A stretch of DNA of 34,574 nt from Nitrososphaeraceae archaeon (lineage in GTDB: Archaea > Thermoproteota > Nitrososphaeria > Nitrososphaerales > Nitrososphaeraceae), in assembly GCA_035250975.1 (NCBI GenBank), contig DATFEP010000041.1, positions 1 through 34,574 of the forward strand, read 5' to 3'. Both the position numbers and the translations under genes were made by a program. Numbering within the stretch: position 1 is the first letter of the stretch; the number at the start of each line of letters is the position of its first letter. The notes below the pieces were generated by a model. That model searched no databases. It worked only from the letters and a program-made list of their open reading frames with translations, and was not told the origin of the DNA. Positions 28,743 to 34,574 of this stretch are shown here, one piece after another.

Positions 28743-28976
28743 CTATTTAGATCCATATCTTTTATTTTTTATTGATGTGTATATGGATGATATCATATAC
28801 AGACTAAATCCACTTATGGTCATTATTAATCCATACAGAGAAAGAGCTCCTCTCTCTTGATAATATCCTATCCCAAGAAGTAATGCACCCATTATTAAGA
28901 TTCCAATTCCAGCTCTTGCAGAACCAGACATCTCGATTTTATTTTTCAATAGTGCTAGAATATCGATTTCTCTCAA
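28743..28976 (-). CDS. Small two-TM membrane protein, hypothetical
   Basis: Two Gly-rich hydrophobic helices and a basic C-terminus; fills the gap between leuS and the next gene; start may be the internal Met (MSGSARAG). Confidence 0.7.
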   Translation of the reverse strand: MREIDILALLKNKIEMSGSARAGIGILIMGALLLGIGYYQERGALSLYGLIMTISGFSLYMISSIYTSIKNKRYGSK

Positions 28977-29008
28977 TATATTTTTATTTTTGATTTATTC
29001 TAGATTGT

Positions 29009-30040
29009 ATGTTAATGAAAATTGCTGTGGTTGGTATAGGAGTTGCCGGAGCCTATCTAATGAATCAATTTAATGATACACATGACATTCAAATTACTGG
29101 ATTTGAACGAATGAAAGAAGAAGAACATGATGCAGTTTGTGCATGGGCGACATGTAAGAATGTCATGGTAAATTATGCAAAAAAATGTGGTCTTAATTTT
29201 GATGATTATATTCTACATGATGGAAAAAATATGAGGGTCGACCTGAATGAAGACACTCATGTTGATATAGGTTTAAGAGGAATGATCAGTTACGATAAAT
29301 TAAAACTTATACAAGATATGGTAAAAGGAAGTGAAATCCATTTCGGTAAAGCTCCAAAAAAAGAAGTATTAGCATCTGAATTTGATCTGATAATTGATTC
29401 GACTGGTTTTCACAGAAATTATCTTCCAAGGTTAGATTATGAGATGTGGATCCCCTGTGTTCAATATAAAGTGAAGTATGAAAATAACAATCTCCCTTTT
29501 GATGATTTTTATCTTAAAGGCTTTCCTTCAATGTCAGGTTATTTCTGGTATTTTCCTTTAGGAAATGGCTATGCTCATATAGGAGCAGGAGATTTTACCA
29601 GGAAAAACCATAACCTCTTTTTGGAACAATTTCTCAAACAATACAAATGTCATATTATTAAGAAAAATGGGAGACCAGTTAGAATAAGTCCTCCTTCAAA
29701 CTCAGAACCCTTCAATGATGGTATAAAGACAATTGGAGTTGGAGAATCAATAGGAACCGTATATCCATTGCTTGGAGAAGGGATAATCCCATCTACAATA
29801 TGCGCAGATCTTTTTATAGAAAACTACAACGATTTCGAATCATATCGTAAAAAAGTTTTGAAATATTTCAGTATTTATTCTCTGGTTTTCAAATTTATTA
29901 TGATGAAAATAAGAGGAACTTTTAGTCTCGTAAAGAATTCTTACGATTTGCTTCGTATTTATAATCATATGAAAAATAACGAGGATCGTTATGGAATGAA
30001 AATCAAAATAATAGATATGATGAAAGTCTCAAAAGTATGA
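29009..30040 (+). CDS. FAD-dependent oxidoreductase, geranylgeranyl-reductase-like
   Basis: Rossmann KIAVVGIGVAG, IIDSTG, GYFWYFP (YxWxFP) and VGESIGTVYPLLGEGI (GD-like/PxxGxGI). Confidence 0.8.
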   Translation: MLMKIAVVGIGVAGAYLMNQFNDTHDIQITGFERMKEEEHDAVCAWATCKNVMVNYAKKCGLNFDDYILHDGKNMRVDLNEDTHVDIGLRGMISYDKLKLIQDMVKGSEIHFGKAPKKEVLASEFDLIIDSTGFHRNYLPRLDYEMWIPCVQYKVKYENNNLPFDDFYLKGFPSMSGYFWYFPLGNGYAHIGAGDFTRKNHNLFLEQFLKQYKCHIIKKNGRPVRISPPSNSEPFNDGIKTIGVGESIGTVYPLLGEGIIPSTICADLFIENYNDFESYRKKVLKYFSIYSLVFKFIMMKIRGTFSLVKNSYDLLRIYNHMKNNEDRYGMKIKIIDMMKVSKV

Positions 30041-30102
30041 TTATTTGTTAGTATTTTCAAAATAATTTTATATTATTTCTCTTTTATATATTTTCGTCAC
30101 AG

Positions 30103-30108
30103 TTATAA
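30103..30108 (+). promoter_or_regulatory. Putative TATA box of the pfdA-ftsY-argF run
   Basis: TTATAA 23-28 nt upstream of ATG 30131. Confidence 0.45.
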
Positions 30109-30130
30109 GTGGATTCAAAATAGTTTAATA

Positions 30131-30577
30131 ATGATGAGCGAAGACCCCAACTCCCAAAGAATAGCTATTGAACAGCGTATAAACGAACTAGCTCAACATT
30201 CTAGGACTTTGGAACTATACCTTAACGAGATAATTGGAAGGGAAGTTACGGTTACAAAATTAATTGAAGAAGCTCGTCTTGCATCTTATGCTCTTCAAAA
30301 TATTCCAGCCGGACAAGAAAATGAAGCCTTGATGCCAATTGGAATTGGTGTCTTTATAAAAGCCAATGTTCAGTCTCTAGACACCTTACTAGTCAATGTT
30401 GGTGCAGGCGTTACTTTAGAAAAAACACGAGCAGATACATTAAATTATATAGAATCTAGAATGAAAGAATTCGAGATGGCAATAAACCAATTAACAAATC
30501 AGAAAAGACAGATAACTACACAACTTGAACAAATTCAAATTCAGGTAAACTCCATGTTGCATCAAACATCCTCCTAA
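30131..30577 (+). CDS. pfdA: Prefoldin subunit alpha
   Basis: Coiled coils flanking two beta-hairpins (EALMPIGIGVFIKA, LLVNVGAGVTLEK); conserved position upstream of ftsY. Confidence 0.92.
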   Translation: MMSEDPNSQRIAIEQRINELAQHSRTLELYLNEIIGREVTVTKLIEEARLASYALQNIPAGQENEALMPIGIGVFIKANVQSLDTLLVNVGAGVTLEKTRADTLNYIESRMKEFEMAINQLTNQKRQITTQLEQIQIQVNSMLHQTSS

Positions 30578-30628
30578 ATAAAAGTAAATATTTAAAAAAA
30601 TATAGTAATTTGAATAAGCTGATCCAAA

Positions 30629-32188
30629 ATGTTTGATAAATTAAAAAAAGCATTTTCCAATGCTATTTCGGATATAGGTAAAAAAGAAATAACAAAAAAG
30701 GATCTTGAAAATACTTTATTTGACCTAGAAATTGCATTATTAGAAAGTGACGTTGCTCAGGAAGTCATCGCTGATATTTCTAATAGCCTTAAGGAGAAAT
30801 TATTAGGATTGACTTTAGAAAAGGGTCAAACTGCAGAAGAAATCATTGAGTTAAATCTTAAGAGAGCTATTTATGACATTCTTTCCAAATCAGGAAGTCT
30901 CGATCTAGTAAAGATTATTAAAACAAAAAAAGAAAGACAAGAAGGTCCTTATATTGTAGTGTTTTTAGGCATTAATGGAACAGGAAAAACAACAACAGTT
31001 GCAAAAATTGCAAATCTTCTTCGCAAAAACGATATTTCTGTTGTTTTAGCTGCTAGTGATACTCATAGAGCGGGAGCAATAGAACAATTACATGAACATG
31101 CCAAAAGACTATCATTAAAAATGATACATCAACGCTATGGTGCAGATCCTTCAGCTGTTGCAAGGGATGCAGTTGAATATGGAAAAAAACATAGAGTTGA
31201 TGCAATATTGATAGATACAGCAGGCCGAATGCAAACTGCAAAGAATCTTATGGATGAGATTAGTAAAATTGTGCAAGTTGTCAAGCCAGATTTAAAAATA
31301 TTTATAGGCGATTCCCTCGCAGGAAATGACGCTATTTTTCAAGCAACAGAATTCTATTCTTATACAAAATTTGATGGAGCTATATTAACAAAGACTGATG
31401 CAGATTCAAAAGGAGGGTCAATAATCTCAATTTCATATTTAACATCTAAACCTATTATGTATCTAGGTATAGGTCAGAATTATGATGATATAATTCCTTT
31501 CGATCTTGATCAATTTATCGAATCATTATTTAGTTCCACACTTTCTGCAGAAACCAAAAAAACTACTATAAATACAAATTCTAGTGATCATGATATAAGA
31601 AAAGAGTTATCGGATCAAAAACCAACAAAAACTTTAGACAAGGAGATTTATTCAGAAGAAATTGTTAAAAATATTACATATAGTTCTAATTCCAAAAATG
31701 ATTTATCTATTGATAAATCTTCATATACATCTAGATCTGAAGGATTTGTTACCGAACAACAAACACACAACCATCAAATTCAAAACAATGAGGAAATAAC
31801 TGGTAAAAAAACAGAGAAAGAAAATAATATCTATAAAATTTCTGATTCTGTTAAGAATGAGTCGTATGACAAGAATTTAGGCGAAATATCTGAAAAAGAA
31901 TTTTCCAAAACTATAAAGGAATATGATAAAAAAACCGATCAGCTTGAAGAAAAGAAGAATAAAAAGAAAAGTTTTTTATCTATATTTGGAAAACGTAAGT
32001 CTACAAGTTCTGAAATTCCTAAAGTACAACGTAACAACGAAACAACTGAAGTCAAATCCATCTTAGGAAAAAATGATGATTTTGGTAAGGATGACAAAGA
32101 TAAAAAAAATGATAAGAAAAACGAAAACACAGAAAATGATGTGGTATACCTTACAGATGATGATTTAGATGAAATACTTAAGGAATAA
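30629..32188 (+). CDS. ftsY: SRP receptor FtsY with a long C-terminal low-complexity extension
   Basis: ALLESDV, GINGTGKTTT, DTHRAGA, DTAGR, TKTDADSKGG, GIGQNYDD; NG domain ends near residue 300, followed by about 218 charged/polar residues. Confidence 0.95.
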   Translation: MFDKLKKAFSNAISDIGKKEITKKDLENTLFDLEIALLESDVAQEVIADISNSLKEKLLGLTLEKGQTAEEIIELNLKRAIYDILSKSGSLDLVKIIKTKKERQEGPYIVVFLGINGTGKTTTVAKIANLLRKNDISVVLAASDTHRAGAIEQLHEHAKRLSLKMIHQRYGADPSAVARDAVEYGKKHRVDAILIDTAGRMQTAKNLMDEISKIVQVVKPDLKIFIGDSLAGNDAIFQATEFYSYTKFDGAILTKTDADSKGGSIISISYLTSKPIMYLGIGQNYDDIIPFDLDQFIESLFSSTLSAETKKTTINTNSSDHDIRKELSDQKPTKTLDKEIYSEEIVKNITYSSNSKNDLSIDKSSYTSRSEGFVTEQQTHNHQIQNNEEITGKKTEKENNIYKISDSVKNESYDKNLGEISEKEFSKTIKEYDKKTDQLEEKKNKKKSFLSIFGKRKSTSSEIPKVQRNNETTEVKSILGKNDDFGKDDKDKKNDKKNENTENDVVYLTDDDLDEILKE

Positions 32189-33110
32189 AAATATACTTAG
32201 TTTACAGGATCTGGATTTAAACGAGATCAATATACTATTAGATGTTGCAGCAGATCTTAAAAAAGAATTCAGATCAGGGAAATCCAGATCATTACTAAAA
32301 GGAAAAATACTGGGAATGATTTTTCAAAAACCTTCTACTCGTACAAGAGTGAGTTTTGAGACAGGTATGCTACAACTTGGTGGTCATGCAATATTTTTAA
32401 GTTCAAATGATATACAATTGGCAAAAGGAGAAACTATAGAAGATACTGCAAAAACTTTGTCCTTGTATTTGGATTGTATTATGGCACGAGTATATGATCA
32501 CAGTGATATTGAAAAATTATCAATTTTTTCAATCATTCCAGTTATAAACGGTCTGTCAGATCTTTTTCACCCTTGCCAAATACTTGCAGATCTTTTAACT
32601 ATAAGAGAACATAAAACTATATTAAAAGGCTTAAGTCTTGCGTGGATAGGAGATGGTTTCAATATTTGTAACGATCTTCTTATAGGTTGTGCCAAAATCG
32701 GTATAAATATGACGGCAGCCTGTCCAAAAGGATACGAACCATTAAATTGGATAGTAAAACTTTCAAAAGAAGAAGCAAAAAAAACCGGATCTCAAATTTC
32801 GGTCGTAAATGATCCAATTAATGCAGTGAAGGATGCTGATATTGTTGTAACAGATACTTTTGTTTCACTTGGAAAGGATGATGAAAAAATCGAAAGAGAA
32901 CAAATTTTTCTTCCAAAATATCAAGTAAATTCAGATCTTTTAAGGTACGCAAAAAAAGATGTTATTTTTATGCATTGTTTACCTGCAAAAAGAGGTCAAG
33001 AGGTCACCTCGGAAATAATAGATGGAAAATCATCTGTTGTTTGGGATGAAGCTGAAAATCGGATACATGTACAAAAAGCATTATTGTGTATGTTAATGAA
33101 AGCTTTTTAA
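32169..33110 (+). CDS. argF: Ornithine carbamoyltransferase
   Basis: STRTRVSFE, HPCQILAD, FMHCLP, DEAENR; overlaps the ftsY end by 20 bp. Confidence 0.96.
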   Translation: MKYLRNKNILSLQDLDLNEINILLDVAADLKKEFRSGKSRSLLKGKILGMIFQKPSTRTRVSFETGMLQLGGHAIFLSSNDIQLAKGETIEDTAKTLSLYLDCIMARVYDHSDIEKLSIFSIIPVINGLSDLFHPCQILADLLTIREHKTILKGLSLAWIGDGFNICNDLLIGCAKIGINMTAACPKGYEPLNWIVKLSKEEAKKTGSQISVVNDPINAVKDADIVVTDTFVSLGKDDEKIEREQIFLPKYQVNSDLLRYAKKDVIFMHCLPAKRGQEVTSEIIDGKSSVVWDEAENRIHVQKALLCMLMKAF

Positions 33111-33411
33111 ATTATATTAATTTTTTTGTCAATTGAATACAATTAAAGATGGGATTCATTTGGAGAGCTGTGCATTTAACTATCTCAAATTTATAGAAAA
33201 ATAAAATTTAGTTAAACGGTCTAACGTATAAATTCAACTAAAGATGAATCTTATATGTATGACAAGCTTCAACATATTAGGATCTACATTTTGAATTTTT
33301 TTAATTTTAATCTACGAAAAATAGATTTGATATTGCAAAAATAATTACTAAAAGTTTGTTTGTAAAAAATCATAAACCAAAATTATTTTTCATTAAAAAA
33401 GAAAAGAATGG

Positions 33412-34143
33412 TCATTTACGGTCCTTTAATCGGCCGCGCCCTGTTTTCCTTGGAGCTATGATTCCCACTTTTCTACCTGGTGGTGTATTTCTGCTGACAG
33501 AGGATTGACGACCTATATGTTGATGTCTTCCACCTCCGTGAGGATGATAAACTGCTGCTTGAGCAATTCCCCTGACTTTTGGATATAATTTACCATGTGC
33601 CTTCATGTATTTTGCTTTGTTTCCAGCTTTTAGGAAAGGCTTATCCGTTCTTCCTGCACCAGCTATAGTTCCTATCATAGCACGACACTTTTGATTAATC
33701 GTCATGAATTTTCCTGAAGGTAATTTTACTTTCACACCTTCAGTCGAATGTGAAAATACAACAGCCGAAGAACCAGCAGCCTTAATTAATTTTCCTCCAT
33801 CTCCTGCATTCCTTTCTATATTGCAAATTATGGTCCCATCTGGGATAGATTCTAACGATAAAATATTTCTTGAAGTTGCAGGAGTACCATCTCCAGTTTG
33901 TATAATACTACCTACAGCTGTACCTTCAGCTGCTGGAATAAAAGACATTATATCCTTATCAAATTTTACCTTAGCTAAGGGAGCGTCTCTTCCTCTTTCG
34001 TGAACTATATCAACTACAGTACCAGAGTGTTTTTCATCTAATTTAAAATTTGGATATTTAGCTGCAGCAATCTTTCCTACCTTAATTGCTCTAAATTGTT
34101 TGCCTCCTCGCCCTCTTCTACGTACTAGTGGTCGTTTTCCCAA
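33412..34143 (-). CDS. rpl2: 50S ribosomal protein uL2
   Basis: MGKR...RRGRG, RGIAQAAVYHPHGGG, PPGRKVG.IAPRKTGR; TTG start. Confidence 0.97.
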   Translation of the reverse strand: MGKRPLVRRRGRGGKQFRAIKVGKIAAAKYPNFKLDEKHSGTVVDIVHERGRDAPLAKVKFDKDIMSFIPAAEGTAVGSIIQTGDGTPATSRNILSLESIPDGTIICNIERNAGDGGKLIKAAGSSAVVFSHSTEGVKVKLPSGKFMTINQKCRAMIGTIAGAGRTDKPFLKAGNKAKYMKAHGKLYPKVRGIAQAAVYHPHGGGRHQHIGRQSSVSRNTPPGRKVGIIAPRKTGRGRLKDRK

Positions 34144-34363
34144 AGTTAATCTAAAAGAATCGATCTATTTAGGTGATTTTAACTTTTGTGTTTTAAAAAA
34201 TTAAAACGATAAATGATATTTTGATAATGTCTATATCAAGTAATATTCAATTTTTTTTTATATTATATTAAATAAAAAATATCTTATAAATTTCTATTTT
34301 ATATATTATTATGAAACCAACCAAAGATTATTATGTGATTTTAATTGATAAAATTTAAGTGTA

Positions 34364-34574
34364 TTGAGTAAGAATACTCTTTCCCTTAAAGTACTAGAGG
34401 CATACACACGCGATGTAGGTCGCGGAATTGCTCGAATTGATTATGATACTATGGATTCTTTAGCTGTTTCTACTGGTGATGTTGTAGAAATCAGAGGAAA
34501 GCGAAGAACCACTGCAAAATGTTTACCACTTTATCCTTCAGATGAAGGAAAAGGTATCATCAGAATTGATGGTC
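34364..34574 (+). CDS. cdc48: CDC48/VAT-family AAA ATPase, N-terminal part (runs off the window; absent from the ORF track)
   Basis: From TTG 34364: MSKNTLSLKVLEAYTRDVGRGIARIDYDTMDSLAVSTGDVVEIRGKRRTTAKCLPLYPSDEGKGIIRIDG, the double-psi barrel N-domain signature of CDC48. Confidence 0.92.
   Translation, partial: MSKNTLSLKVLEAYTRDVGRGIARIDYDTMDSLAVSTGDVVEIRGKRRTTAKCLPLYPSDEGKGIIRIDG

Noticed and set aside
33111-33411. 300-bp gap between convergent argF and rpl2 as possible MITE or sRNA
   Set aside because: No terminal inverted repeats, target duplication or stable structure detected by eye.
2644-34003. Other nested or antisense ORFs in the track (2644, 5282, 6383, 7190, 14570, 16888, 17740, 19185, 19929, 20554, 21188, 23922, 24106, 24788, 26036, 28388, 28648, 31053, 31939, 33704)
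   Set aside because: All overlap well-supported genes on another strand or frame and lack motifs.
1-34574. CRISPR array, rRNA, transposase, inteins or defence operon
   Set aside because: No regularly spaced repeats, GC-rich rRNA-like tract, transposase motifs or intein splice-junction motifs were seen.

Overview
AT-rich archaeal chromosomal window. Gene content (archaeal NAC, aMBF1, Trm56, archaeal-type AlaRS/LeuRS, prefoldin alpha, CDC48, BHB-intron tRNA, aspS-gatCAB, stand-alone Lrp/AsnC domain, C2H2 micro-protein) is most consistent with an ammonia-oxidising Nitrososphaerota (Thaumarchaeota), probably Nitrosocosmicus-like; this taxonomic call is inference. It is mostly housekeeping DNA for translation, tRNA handling, amino-acid/sulfur metabolism and chaperones. 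The ORF track misses five real features that I read directly: a tyrosine recombinase/integrase running off the left edge (minus strand, from 1094), a tRNA-Phe(GAA) with a 27-nt intron at the non-canonical 30/31 position and an unusual C54, two small putative zinc-binding proteins flanking that tRNA, and the 5' part of cdc48 at the right edge. I see no CRISPR array, rRNA, transposase or complete novel multi-gene system. The best leads are the atypical integrase with an adjacent inverted repeat, the tRNA-Phe micro-locus, and an FtsY with a long C-terminal rather than N-terminal charged tail.
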